From contig OZ243938.1 in the NCBI GenBank assembly GCA_965214095.1, positions 1,824,001-1,888,000 on the forward strand: 64,000 bases of DNA, in the 5' to 3' direction. The DNA comes from Candidatus Poribacteria bacterium. Lineage in GTDB: Bacteria; Poribacteria; WGA-4E; WGA-3G. The translations under genes were made by a program, and so were the position numbers. The notes beneath the pieces were generated by a model. It made no database searches. It had not been told where the DNA came from and saw only the letters and a list, made by a program, of their open reading frames with translations. Each line of letters begins with the position of its first letter. The first letter of the stretch is position 1. Of this stretch, positions 32,463-42,484 are shown piece by piece.

Positions 32463-33347
32463 TTAATGATGCGCTTCATGCGCTTCGTCATGGTGCTCTA
32501 AAAACAGCACGATATATATTGATGTTAAAAGCGTGAAAACAAACGCTTGTAAAAGACCGCCGAACATTGCAAAAAACACCATCGGCACCTGAACAGGTAT
32601 CGGGAGGATGAAACCACCAACGGAGATAGCACCAAGTGCTGTAAGTTGAATAACAACTGATTTTTCACCAAAAATGTTACCAAATAGACGGATAGCAAGT
32701 GAACCTGCTCGTGATAACTGTGCAACTAACTCAATTGGGAACATCAAAAAACCTAACCATGTAGGATTACCAATCAGATGTTTGAAATAACCGCCAAGAC
32801 CATTTTCTTTGATAGCGATTATTTGAACACCGATTACTGCTGTTATACCGAGGGCGAGGGTTGTATTTAAATCTGCGGTTGGGGCTTGAAAACCTGGAAT
32901 TAGTCCGATATAGTTGAGTGAGAGAATGAAAATGAAAAATGAACCAACGAAAGGGAGATATTTTTTACCATCTTCACCCAATATGCCACCAAAGAAATCT
33001 ATAATGCCACCAACAAACACTTCTAATAACGTTTGTCCGTTTCCTTCGGGAATCCGCTTCAATTTCCGGGTGACTAAAAAGAAAAATATGGATAGAAAAA
33101 TAACTACAAATAATGTGTTTGGGATTAAGTCCGGTTGATGCCATTTTCCCGGTTCAGGAAAAATTTCATTCGGTAATAACTGTGATATAGGAGAAAACCA
33201 AGAACGGTAACCGTAGTGGTGGATGGGGGCTTTTCCATGTTCATCAGCGTTGGATTCATCTGGTGATGCGTCCTCTGCTGCGAATGTCCCAGTCATTGCC
33301 AAAAGACTCACAGCAATGACCAAGCAAATAAACGATATTTTTTTCAT
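32463..33347 (-). CDS. atpB: ATP synthase Fo subunit a
   Basis: PTADLNTT, SLAIRLFGNI and LQAFVFTLL motifs. Confidence 0.95.
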   Translation of the reverse strand: MKKISFICLVIAVSLLAMTGTFAAEDASPDESNADEHGKAPIHHYGYRSWFSPISQLLPNEIFPEPGKWHQPDLIPNTLFVVIFLSIFFFLVTRKLKRIPEGNGQTLLEVFVGGIIDFFGGILGEDGKKYLPFVGSFFIFILSLNYIGLIPGFQAPTADLNTTLALGITAVIGVQIIAIKENGLGGYFKHLIGNPTWLGFLMFPIELVAQLSRAGSLAIRLFGNIFGEKSVVIQLTALGAISVGGFILPIPVQVPMVFFAMFGGLLQAFVFTLLTSIYIVLFLEHHDEAHEAHH

Positions 33348-33401
33348 CTTTTATTGTCGACTTAGTTTAGATGTGGAATATATTTTTCATTCCTGTATAT
33401 G

Positions 33402-33809
33402 TTAAGGTTGATCAGAATCTTTTTTTCTAAGAATTGTTATCATTAATCCGACTGCTTTGAGAATAATCGCACCTTGTACTAAAACAATACCTCCGGCAAA
33501 TGCGTATATATTCATCCATTTCGTATTAAACAAAAAATAGAGAATCACACCGAGAACGGTATATTTGCCAAGTGCTATGAATCCAAGCAGATATTTTGTT
33601 TTCTGCGACTTTCCAGGACGCAGCAACCTACGTATCACAAATTCAATTGTCCAGAACAGACTAATACCAATTACGCTACCGATAAGAAAACTGGGGAGTG
33701 CGGCAAGTTTGAAACCTAACAATATACCGCCAATAACCACGGTGAGACAAATTGTCAAAATATAAACTTGTCGAATAAAACGGTCACCAAATTCAAGTGT
33801 GGGACCCAT
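33402..33809 (-). CDS. atpI: ATP synthase subunit I (AtpI)
   Basis: Four TM segments, directly upstream of atpB. Confidence 0.75.
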   Translation of the reverse strand: MGPTLEFGDRFIRQVYILTICLTVVIGGILLGFKLAALPSFLIGSVIGISLFWTIEFVIRRLLRPGKSQKTKYLLGFIALGKYTVLGVILYFLFNTKWMNIYAFAGGIVLVQGAIILKAVGLMITILRKKDSDQP

Positions 33810-33829
33810 TTAAGTATGTGACTCCTTTG

Positions 33830-34498
33830 TCAAGATAACTGTGTTTCGTTTTCTAGTCTCAACGGGTTATTACCCTCTTTATTCTCTTGTAGACGTTGTT
33901 CAGCAAAACTACGTTTTTTCTTCAATCGTGCCCCTTCAATGATGACAACAACGATTCCAAGAGCTAACCCTATATTTCCACCGATTTCCGCGTTACCATA
34001 ATACTCACCAATCCATCTACCCACGAAATAACCAATACAAGAAGCGCATATAACCTTAAACCCGGGTGCTGCAATGTCATACATATTTGGGTGCGATGTT
34101 ATTTTTGGAGCACTAAATTTGCTGCCTAGCCACTCGCTAATAAAGTGACCGATGCAAATCACAACGATAAATGTGAGTCCAAGAAAGAAATCCATTGAAT
34201 TGAACAGGAACTTGATTAGGAAATAAAATAGGCAACCGAGGACTATATGTCTAACGAGAGAGAAAATGGTCAGAAAGTGCTTTTTCGACTTCGTTCTATC
34301 GGGAAAAGAAACCTTCCGAACTGCGAATTCAATAGACCAGAATAGAAAGAACCCAATTGTAATTTCACAGAGAAATATCGGGAGTGTAGAAGATCTACTT
34401 GACAACACTGCTTCAACTATAACAACTATTGTGAGACCATATATAAAGCGATAAGTGTTCTGAATAGACCGGTCTCCAAAATCCAAAACGATGCCCAT
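33830..34498 (-). CDS. AtpI-like/AtpZ-like fusion membrane protein
   Basis: The N-half resembles 33402..33809 and the C-half resembles 34656..34955; start refined to MGIVLDFG after AAGGAG. Confidence 0.7.
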   Translation of the reverse strand: MGIVLDFGDRSIQNTYRFIYGLTIVVIVEAVLSSRSSTLPIFLCEITIGFFLFWSIEFAVRKVSFPDRTKSKKHFLTIFSLVRHIVLGCLFYFLIKFLFNSMDFFLGLTFIVVICIGHFISEWLGSKFSAPKITSHPNMYDIAAPGFKVICASCIGYFVGRWIGEYYGNAEIGGNIGLALGIVVVIIEGARLKKKRSFAEQRLQENKEGNNPLRLENETQLS

Positions 34499-34538
34499 TA
34501 TGAACGACTCCTTTACTACCACAATAACGATATTATAC

Positions 34539-34638
34539 GAATTTATAGTGAAATGTAAAAAACTGAACAAACACCGGTTCGGTTAGGAAACCGAACCTAC
34601 CGTAGTGTGTAAATAATTATGGTTTTTACTATAAATTC
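34539..34638. mobile_element. MITE with TATAGT/ACTATA ends carrying a REP hairpin
   Basis: Inverted ends gaatttatagt / actataaattc; REP at 34576..34601; the same left end recurs near 54600. Confidence 0.7.
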
Positions 34639-34655
34639 TCCTGTTACCGGTTGTT

Positions 34656-34955
34656 TTAGACGCTTTCTCCTTTATCTTTTTGTTTTTGTTGTGCAGCATC
34701 ACGTTTCTGTTTTTCATTATGTTCCATCTGACGGTTCCAACGTGCTACTGAGCGGAACATCTCCAAGAAACCAGCTGTAACCCCAATGGCAAATCCTATG
34801 ATTGAACCGATATAAGCGTTGCCTAATTTGCCACCTATCCATTTGCCACCAAAATAACCGATGACAATCGCAAGAGCAAGCGTTATACCGATTGAAGCAA
34901 GGTCAAACATCCCTACATTTTCATGTTTGAATTGGTCTAACCGTCGTTTAAACAT
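34656..34955 (-). CDS. AtpZ/AtpI-family (ATPase gene 1) protein
   Basis: Two Gly-rich TM helices, IGITLALAIVIGYFGGKWI; first gene of the atp operon. Confidence 0.75.
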   Translation of the reverse strand: MFKRRLDQFKHENVGMFDLASIGITLALAIVIGYFGGKWIGGKLGNAYIGSIIGFAIGVTAGFLEMFRSVARWNRQMEHNEKQKRDAAQQKQKDKGESV

Positions 34956-35400
34956 GACGGGTACTCCCAGAATGAAAGTGATGTTAGAACTGATTTCCTC
35001 CTTAAGCAACGACATAAATTATACTACAAGATTACAGTAAATGCAAGAAATTTGCCATATATAGGATATGTAATTATTTTGTGAAATGATGTATTATCTT
35101 GAAGCGTGGAATTCATCTCAATCAATACTAAATGTACTTGCTTATGGTATTTGGAGGGCTTACAATTCCCTTGCCACAGAGGATAATAGTTTAGAGACAA
35201 ATTGCAAGTGGAACAGAAAAGTAATATAACGCAATAAGTAGTTTTGGGATTTTGCATTTTTTCAAGAATTTTGCAATTTGGTTTGTTTTTCAAAGACAAT
35301 AGTATAACTATATTAAAGCAATTTTCTTACCTATTTAGGTTCATCTTTATCACTACGTGGAATCCTAAAAATATCTCTAATTATATCTAGTGTTTTAGAG

Positions 35401-36845
35401 CAATACCTTCGCCAAAATTAGTTGAATAAAATGGGTTTTTGTCTTATAGTTTTACACTATATAACAAAAAAGGACAAAAACCCATGTCAGAAATTATAGC
35501 ACTTTTTTCAGTTCTTAATCTATCTATATCTAAAACAGCGATCCGTCAGTTATGTCAAGTTGTCCTTGCACTGCTTGCGATGACAGGACGGATCACCATG
35601 TTAAATATCTCTCGTTGGACTTCAAAAGGAGGTAGTTACCGCACTATTCAACGCTTTTTCAATACGGTGTTGCCTTGGTCGGCAATGTGCTGGACGTTTT
35701 TTCGCACACACTTGCTTGATCCTGATAGTGTTCATATCTTAGTAGGCGACGAAGTCGTTAGAAACAAAGATGGCAAATGCACCTATGGTTTATCGCGCTT
35801 TTTTTCTTCATTGCATGGGAAAAGCATTCCCGGTTTATCGTTTTTAGCCATATCCTTAGTCAGTGTTCCTCGGCGGCGTTCCTACCCGATGACTATTGAA
35901 CAAATCGTTCGGTGTGAAACAACTTCAAATCCTGGTGCTTCTCCGACTGAAAAGTCAGACAACACCCAGACAAAACAATCTATACGCGGGCGTCCAAAAG
36001 GGAACCGAAACAAAAATAAAAGGGATGTCGTCCTCAGTGATACTTTGAAACAACTTCAAACGATACTCAAAGAGGTGCTACACCTCATTGATAACTTGAT
36101 ACCCATCCGTTATTTTGTCCTGGATGGATATTTTGGGAATAATAACATTTTACAAATGGTCCATCAATGTGGTCTCCATCTTATTTCAAAACTGCGTGCC
36201 GATGCTGCATTGTATCTTCCCCCGACGACCTCTTACAAGCGCAGACGCCTCGCAATCTATGGAGAACGGATACATCCGCATAAGATTGATGAAAAGAACG
36301 CTGTTTGGACACAAACAGTGGACAACCTGAGAACCGATGTGTATCAAATGGAACTACGCCACAAAAAGTTCCCCGACCCATTGAATGTCGTTTGTATCAA
36401 AAAAACAAACCTATCCACGAAACAGCAGGCACACGTCTTATTGTTCAGTTCTGATTTAGCACTTGACGCAGAAAAAATGATAGACTATTATTCACTCCGT
36501 TTTCAAATCGAGTTCAACTTTCGTGATGCCAAACAACATTGGGGTCTGCAAGGTTTCATGAATGTCAACAAAACCCCTGTGAACAATGCGGCAAATCTGT
36601 CAATGTTTATGGTAAATGTCAGTGCAAAACTCATGGAAAAGGACAGATGTCAGAATCCCGAATATAGTGTATTAGATCTTAAATCGCACTACCGAGGTCT
36701 GAAATATGTGCAGGAAATATTAAAAGGACTTCCGCAGAAACCTGAACCTATTGTTATTCAGCAAATCATTGGCCGTCTGAGTTCAATAGGTGCTATTCAC
36801 AACACGCAAGCCAATCTTAATCCTGGATAATTGGCGAAGGTATTG
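35401..36845 (+). mobile_element. Insertion sequence, 1445 bp, with an IS4/IS701-like DDE transposase
   Basis: Perfect 15-bp TIR caataccttcgccaa / ttggcgaaggtattg; no flanking direct repeat. Confidence 0.9.
35484..36830 (+). CDS. DDE transposase
   Basis: LVGDEV, VLDGYFG and YSLRFQIEFNFRDAKQ (Y-R-E-K type motif). Confidence 0.9.
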   Translation: MSEIIALFSVLNLSISKTAIRQLCQVVLALLAMTGRITMLNISRWTSKGGSYRTIQRFFNTVLPWSAMCWTFFRTHLLDPDSVHILVGDEVVRNKDGKCTYGLSRFFSSLHGKSIPGLSFLAISLVSVPRRRSYPMTIEQIVRCETTSNPGASPTEKSDNTQTKQSIRGRPKGNRNKNKRDVVLSDTLKQLQTILKEVLHLIDNLIPIRYFVLDGYFGNNNILQMVHQCGLHLISKLRADAALYLPPTTSYKRRRLAIYGERIHPHKIDEKNAVWTQTVDNLRTDVYQMELRHKKFPDPLNVVCIKKTNLSTKQQAHVLLFSSDLALDAEKMIDYYSLRFQIEFNFRDAKQHWGLQGFMNVNKTPVNNAANLSMFMVNVSAKLMEKDRCQNPEYSVLDLKSHYRGLKYVQEILKGLPQKPEPIVIQQIIGRLSSIGAIHNTQANLNPG

Positions 36846-37778
36846 GTATCCCTAACCCGTTTGAGATCTTTGTCTATTCGATTTCCATAGGTATGATGTG
36901 CCTCGTCAGAAAAAACACCTAAATTCGGTAGACTTACAATTTTCTCAAGTCGATGGTTCTCTTCTAATTCCGCCTGTTTTTCTTTCTGTTCTTTTTCATT
37001 TTTTCTCTTAAACTCCTGGAATAGATTATTTTTTTCTTCGTATTTTTTCGCAAAATGATTTTTTCAGTGTTCGTGATGATGATATTGAAGACGCTACCGC
37101 GTTGAACGGGCATATCTTTTGCCGCTACTGGTGCGAATTTTCGGTTTCCCATAAATTCCTGATATAGACTCGGTGGTAGAATCGTATCGTAAGGAACGTC
37201 ACTGATTTTGCGCAGACTTCCAATGATAGTTGTTCCGGGTGCAAAGACAAGTGCGTTTTTCATAAAATCGCTGTCAGGATAACGGAACGCCATTGCGAAT
37301 TCGGTTGCGATCATTGTTCCGATGAGTGTCGTCTTACCTGTGCCCATTGCAAGTGCGAAAATATAACTCGGATACTTCAACGACACAGCCTCATGAACCG
37401 GATTAATTCGCTTCTGCTTAACAAATGCTTGATCATTTTTTACACGTTCCAGAACCGATTCAATGTCTGGCACCCACTGTAACTCGCCAGCACTCATAGG
37501 AATACCCAACGCTTCGCAAAATACTGCGATATCACCACTGTAGTAATGCTTGTATAGTTCTACAATATGCGGTGTATTTCTCAGCAGTCGTAATACCAGT
37601 AGATTTCTAATGCGTAGAATTGTGGTTCTCGCAGATATTTGAGCTGCCCTTCCTCAGGTGAATTGCTATCAAACTGCCAATTCAGTATTTCTCCGATGAG
37701 TGGATATTCGGAACACGAGTATCCCGATTTACGCCATTTCTCTGTATCGTTCCGAAGTTTTTCATACAAGTGTTCCAT
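36846..37778 (-). pseudogene. Type III restriction enzyme Res-like DEAH helicase, frameshifted and truncated by the IS
   Basis: LREPQ (37581..37778), LAMGTGKT (36964..37509) and FSDEAHH near 36900 lie in separate fragments, and the gene is cut at the IS right end. Confidence 0.85.
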
Positions 37779-37802
37779 ATAAGTCTATCTCCTTGTTTAT
37801 GA

Positions 37803-38984
37803 TCATATTTTTTGAATAAAGCCTTCTATCTGTTTACCTACTCGATCTATAACCCATGATTCATTTATAGGAATATTAAAAGCCCAGATTAGTTGATGAA
37901 TTAATTCTTCAACAATGTCTATCAATTTGTCAGAATTATTGAAATCACGTGGCATGCATTGCGTAGACGCATAAACTTCCATATCAGAACACACTGGACC
38001 ATCCGGTATATTTTCTGTGATTTTTTGTGCATATAATAACCTTTCATCAGGATCATAGAGTTGTATTCGTATGACATTCTGCAACCTTGCTGACACCTCA
38101 ATATTCCCTACATATTCACATTTCTCGTAGAGTCTTTTTGCCTGATATATTAGAACACTAATGGTACGAATAAAATCACAATAATTAACAGCTACACCAA
38201 TAAGTTCATGATGCACATTTGATTGCTGATGCTCAGGTAATACACTTCTATGATAGACAATACCATATTCATTTAATTCAAAAAATATGTTGTCATTTCT
38301 AACATTAGCGACTCCGCCTGCGACCTTTCTGGGTGGGTATGTCACACGCTCAAGTAACTCATAAATCTCCGATGTTGTAATCACAGGACGATACGGGTAT
38401 ACAGGCTGTGCAATGACCGTTAGACTCGGCTTTTTTTGTACACTGAAACGTTTTGCCCTTTCTTCAATACGATCCAATATTTGCTTCGCATTCTCCTGTG
38501 AATCCTCACGACGTTTGAACATATACGCAATTCTGTTCATATCTGCAAGGTCATAAGGTTCTGTAATGCTACCCGTGCGAATATAGGTTCTTTTTGAGTT
38601 TTGAATCGCATGCGGGGCTTGAATACTTTCATCGACACGAACTATGACGACTATGTTAGTAGAATTAGGAACATCAACGATTTTTATTTCTGGTATAACG
38701 GCAGGATAAATTCCCTCAAGTGAACTCTGCTGAATTCGCTCCTCAAATCCAGGTACGTTGGGTATACCCTTAATAGGAAAAATAACTTGGTTCTTTGTTT
38801 GTTCGGATTCAACTCCTATTAAAAATATTCCCCCGAAGGTATTTGCAAAAGCCGACACCATTTTTGGTATGTGTTTTTTTGCGTCTATTTGCCTTTTATA
38901 CTCAACCCGTACTCCTTCTGGTTGCTCTCTACAAAAAGTGTTGATATCTTCAAATGTGATTTCATCTAATGATTTTGTAAACAT
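37803..38984 (-). CDS. AlbA_2/Schlafen-like domain protein
   Basis: EGVRVEYK, SAFANTFGGIFLIGV, APHAI and YIRTGS motifs. Confidence 0.88.
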   Translation of the reverse strand: MFTKSLDEITFEDINTFCREQPEGVRVEYKRQIDAKKHIPKMVSAFANTFGGIFLIGVESEQTKNQVIFPIKGIPNVPGFEERIQQSSLEGIYPAVIPEIKIVDVPNSTNIVVIVRVDESIQAPHAIQNSKRTYIRTGSITEPYDLADMNRIAYMFKRREDSQENAKQILDRIEERAKRFSVQKKPSLTVIAQPVYPYRPVITTSEIYELLERVTYPPRKVAGGVANVRNDNIFFELNEYGIVYHRSVLPEHQQSNVHHELIGVAVNYCDFIRTISVLIYQAKRLYEKCEYVGNIEVSARLQNVIRIQLYDPDERLLYAQKITENIPDGPVCSDMEVYASTQCMPRDFNNSDKLIDIVEELIHQLIWAFNIPINESWVIDRVGKQIEGFIQKI

Positions 38985-39019
38985 ACTATAACTTCCTCCA
39001 TCAAAAGCATATCAGACAC

Positions 39020-39409
39020 CTACGATTCATCAGGATTTTCCTGTGGTAGCATTTTATCCACACGACTGCGTATATCTGTTTCGCGCATCTGAATTTCTTT
39101 GTCGACTAACACCCCGTAGTCTACCCACCTTCGAATTAGACTTTCCAACGTTTCCATTGCCTCTTCAATTTTGGCAATTTCTGTTTCTTGTGATTTTTCT
39201 AAAGATTCTGATTTAAATGGTCTGAGTTCTTCAAATTTTGGTGAAAGATTTAAACCTAAACTTTCCACTAATTTCACGCTGTTAGTTAAATTCCTGACAT
39301 CGCCTTGCACTTGTCCTTTTATCCGATTCAGCACAGATTGGAATTCTTTTCGTGCCTCAATGTATTCGTTCCGCAAATCTACTCTATCATCGTTATTCAT
39401 TGTTTCCAT
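39020..39409 (-). CDS. Hypothetical helical protein
   Basis: 129-aa ORF codirectional with the AlbA_2 gene. Confidence 0.55.
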   Translation of the reverse strand: METMNNDDRVDLRNEYIEARKEFQSVLNRIKGQVQGDVRNLTNSVKLVESLGLNLSPKFEELRPFKSESLEKSQETEIAKIEEAMETLESLIRRWVDYGVLVDKEIQMRETDIRSRVDKMLPQENPDES

Positions 39410-39826
39410 CCTTCCATTTTTTATTTATATGATAAACTCACCCACGCACAAACTATTTCCGCAGCAATTATTTTTCGGTCCAAAGACAAACTGTGCATAT
39501 TCACTATGTAACAAGTAAATTACTTGGCACTTTAGCACATCATTGCCACACGGATGGATAGGGTCGGTTTGCGAGGTATTCAACGCTAATCCTTGGCATG
39601 AGGTTATAATCAATCAACGGCTTTAGCAAGTTTGACTCCAATGTGTGCAGTGAACGGTTGCCGATTAGAAAATGAGATACCTTATTTGTCGCTTCCATAT
39701 AATGAGGGTATTTGTACTGCTTGTGACATGTTGGCTCTTTCTATCCTTTTTCAACGATAGTTTTGATATTTCCGTGTGAATTCTTTTCTAAACCGGCCAA
39801 GTTGACCAACGAGTTTATTTAACACT

Positions 39827-40792
39827 TCATTTTTGATACAGAAAAACCAAAACATTAGAACCAAGACCCCGTTTATGGGTTCCAGGTAAAATTATTGCTT
39901 CAACGTAGACTTCAATGTTTTGATTTGAAGAATTGATGGTAACAGGACCTTGATATGGAAACCGAGTTTCAGATACTTTGTAGATTGGAGATGATTCCTC
40001 AATTGATTTGTATTTAGGTATGTAAGTGGAGAAGTTTTTTGTTGGAAAAAAATACTGAACTCGTAACTTTTTCAGCGGTGGTTCCCAATGAAAATCATTA
40101 AACAACTTTAATTGATTCTTTTCTTGTTCAATTTTATCTATTTCTGTAGGTTTGTGACTGTAAGACAGGACCATCATAGCGCAAGACTCAAGACTTGTTG
40201 TAATCATACGAATAGATGTTGCTTCTATAGAGGTTTCATACCTTCTTGAAAGTTCTTGCAGAGATTTTAATGATACACCCATTCCTTTAACATCCAAATC
40301 AAATTCAGGTGTAGGCATGATAATTTCACTTGCTCCGAGATCACACAAAAACTCTACCTCATTTTGAGGATCGAATTGACCACTCCGGTGGCGTGCCTTG
40401 TACTGGTCTTGATAACCGGGGAATAAAGTATGAGCAATTTCATGAGCTATTGAAAAGTTTTGCCGTGCTTTAGGTTTCTTTGGGTTGTATCGGATTACCA
40501 TCCTCCCATTCTCTGCGGGGTGGAGTTCCGCGTCTTCACTATGTGTTAATTCATCAGATTTCTCACACGGGATTCCCAATATAGATGCAAGAACTTGTGG
40601 ATTGAAAGGCGGCCCATCCCATGATATACCCTTAGCTTCAGCAATATCCCTAGCTTCAGCAAGCTTTTCCTGGGCTAATTTCCGGATAATTTGTTCCGGA
40701 TCTTGAGAAATGTCTGAATAACATTCTATGAGTCGCACAACTGAATTATGAGAATAATACTTCTTACCAACTTTAATAATATTATGTTTCAT
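39827..40792 (-). CDS. ImmA/IrrE-family zinc metallopeptidase, CapP-like
   Basis: RQNFSIAHEIAH (HExxH) and EFLCDLGASEIIMP; the MKHNII start overlaps the HTH gene stop (ATGA). Confidence 0.88.
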   Translation of the reverse strand: MKHNIIKVGKKYYSHNSVVRLIECYSDISQDPEQIIRKLAQEKLAEARDIAEAKGISWDGPPFNPQVLASILGIPCEKSDELTHSEDAELHPAENGRMVIRYNPKKPKARQNFSIAHEIAHTLFPGYQDQYKARHRSGQFDPQNEVEFLCDLGASEIIMPTPEFDLDVKGMGVSLKSLQELSRRYETSIEATSIRMITTSLESCAMMVLSYSHKPTEIDKIEQEKNQLKLFNDFHWEPPLKKLRVQYFFPTKNFSTYIPKYKSIEESSPIYKVSETRFPYQGPVTINSSNQNIEVYVEAIILPGTHKRGLGSNVLVFLYQK

Positions 40793-41193
40793 TGTCTCTT
40801 CATCACATATCGGATCGATGTCAGAATATGCTCCCAATCATCAACAGTCTTTGGTTGGTTACCTCTATACCGAATATTCATTAGCATTCGCACATCCTCC
40901 CTTTGAATATCAAGTTCTTTTCCTCGTGTATTAATAAATTTGCGTAATACATCCGGAATATCTTCATCTTCAAAGTCTTCCGCATAAACGCGCACAGGCT
41001 GGTCAAGGAGATCTGCAATAGTTATACCAAGTGCCGAAGCAATTTTAAGCAGTATCTCAGCTGAAGGTTGCTTACTCAGACTGTTTTCAAGCTGTGATAA
41101 ATAAGCTTTAGAGACATCAGCTTTTTCAGCCAACTGGTTTAGAGAAAATCCTTCTTTTTCCCGGAGTTTTTTGATCTTTTGACCTAGAAGCAT
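40789..41193 (-). CDS. XRE-family HTH repressor, CapH-like
   Basis: LREKEGFSLNQLAEKADVSKAYLSQLEN HTH plus a C-terminal helical domain. Confidence 0.92.
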   Translation of the reverse strand: MLLGQKIKKLREKEGFSLNQLAEKADVSKAYLSQLENSLSKQPSAEILLKIASALGITIADLLDQPVRVYAEDFEDEDIPDVLRKFINTRGKELDIQREDVRMLMNIRYRGNQPKTVDDWEHILTSIRYVMKRQ

Positions 41194-41263
41194 GTGAATT
41201 TCCTTCTTATTTTATGTTTATCTTATTATTTTACACGAATTTGTTCGTTATTACAAACTTTTC

Positions 41264-41293
41264 TTGACAAATGGGTTTGTTATAGCGTATAAT
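41264..41293 (+). promoter_or_regulatory. Consensus sigma70 promoter of the MBL/E2-E1-JAB/patatin operon
   Basis: TTGACA (41264)-18 bp-TATAAT (41288). Confidence 0.75.
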
Positions 41294-41374
41294 AGTATTC
41301 GTAAAATAGAACACCTGTATGGTTATTGAGTGATGTAATATATGAAAACGAATTCCGAAAATGGAGGAAAAGTT

Positions 41375-42484
41375 TTGCACAAATTAACAATTTACCCGTT
41401 GGGAAACGCTGATTGTTGCTTAATTGATCTTGAAAATGGTCAAAAGATACTAATAGACTACGCCAACGTAGGTAATTCAGAGGACGATGATGATTTACGG
41501 ATTGATTTACCTAAAGCACTAGGTGAAGATCTTGAGGATACAGACAAGGATTTTTTTGATATAGTGGCATTTACACATGCAGACGAAGATCACATTAAGG
41601 GGTTTTCTGAGTTCTTCTATCTGGAACACGCACAAAAGTATCAGAGCGATGATAGGTTTAAAATCAATACACTTTGGGTCCCCGCAGCAATCATTCTTGA
41701 AAAATCACCTTCCACAGATGACCATAAAATTTTACGGGCAGAAGCACGGCACCGACTGAAAGAGGGATCTGGAATTCGTGTCTTTTCTAAACCTGAAGCT
41801 TTAGAGGAATGGCTGGAAGAGCAAGATTTGAGGTTAGAAGATCGAGAGGAACTAATCACGCACGCTGGAGTAACCGTCCCTGGATACAAAAAGTCATCAG
41901 AGGGTGTTGAATTTTTCGTACACGCGCCTTTTTCTGATAGCATTGAGGATGATGTAATTGAGAGGAACGATGCAGCACTTGTAGTTCAAGCCACTTTTCA
42001 ATGTGAAAATGTTGAAACTCAATTGATTCTAGGGTCAGATATTACTCATGAAGTCTGGAATGATATTGTCCGAGTAACGCAACATTACAATCGAGATGAC
42101 CGGTTGAAATGGGACATATTTAAAATCTCACATCATAGTAGTTACACAGCACTGAGCGATACAAAAGGGACAACGAAAACTACCCCTGTGGAAAAAGTTA
42201 AATGGCTATTTGAACAAGGGCACGATAAGGCAATATTAGTTTCAACGAGCGATCCGATTCCATCGGAAGATACAACTCAACCACCACATCGGCAAGCATC
42301 AAACTATTATAAAGACGTTGTTAAGAAAATTGACGGTGAATTTAAGGTGACAATGGAACACCCGAAAAAATCCGAACCTAAACCACTTGCCATTACTATT
42401 GACAGTTCAAAAGCAACAATAGTGAAACGAAGTACAGGCGGTACTAATAATATTACTAAGCAACGTTCTCCAAGATTTGGATAA
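41375..42484 (+). CDS. Metallo-beta-lactamase-fold (ComEC-like) hydrolase ending in ...RSPRFG
   Basis: LGNADC, FTHADEDHIKG, GSD and KISHHSS motifs; TTG start after GGAGG (the ORF track starts at 41342). Confidence 0.85.
   Translation: MHKLTIYPLGNADCCLIDLENGQKILIDYANVGNSEDDDDLRIDLPKALGEDLEDTDKDFFDIVAFTHADEDHIKGFSEFFYLEHAQKYQSDDRFKINTLWVPAAIILEKSPSTDDHKILRAEARHRLKEGSGIRVFSKPEALEEWLEEQDLRLEDREELITHAGVTVPGYKKSSEGVEFFVHAPFSDSIEDDVIERNDAALVVQATFQCENVETQLILGSDITHEVWNDIVRVTQHYNRDDRLKWDIFKISHHSSYTALSDTKGTTKTTPVEKVKWLFEQGHDKAILVSTSDPIPSEDTTQPPHRQASNYYKDVVKKIDGEFKVTMEHPKKSEPKPLAITIDSSKATIVKRSTGGTNNITKQRSPRFG

Noticed and set aside
39425-39730. Possible gene remnant between the peptidase and the 129-aa ORF
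   Set aside because: Only short interrupted frames with no motif I can assign reliably.
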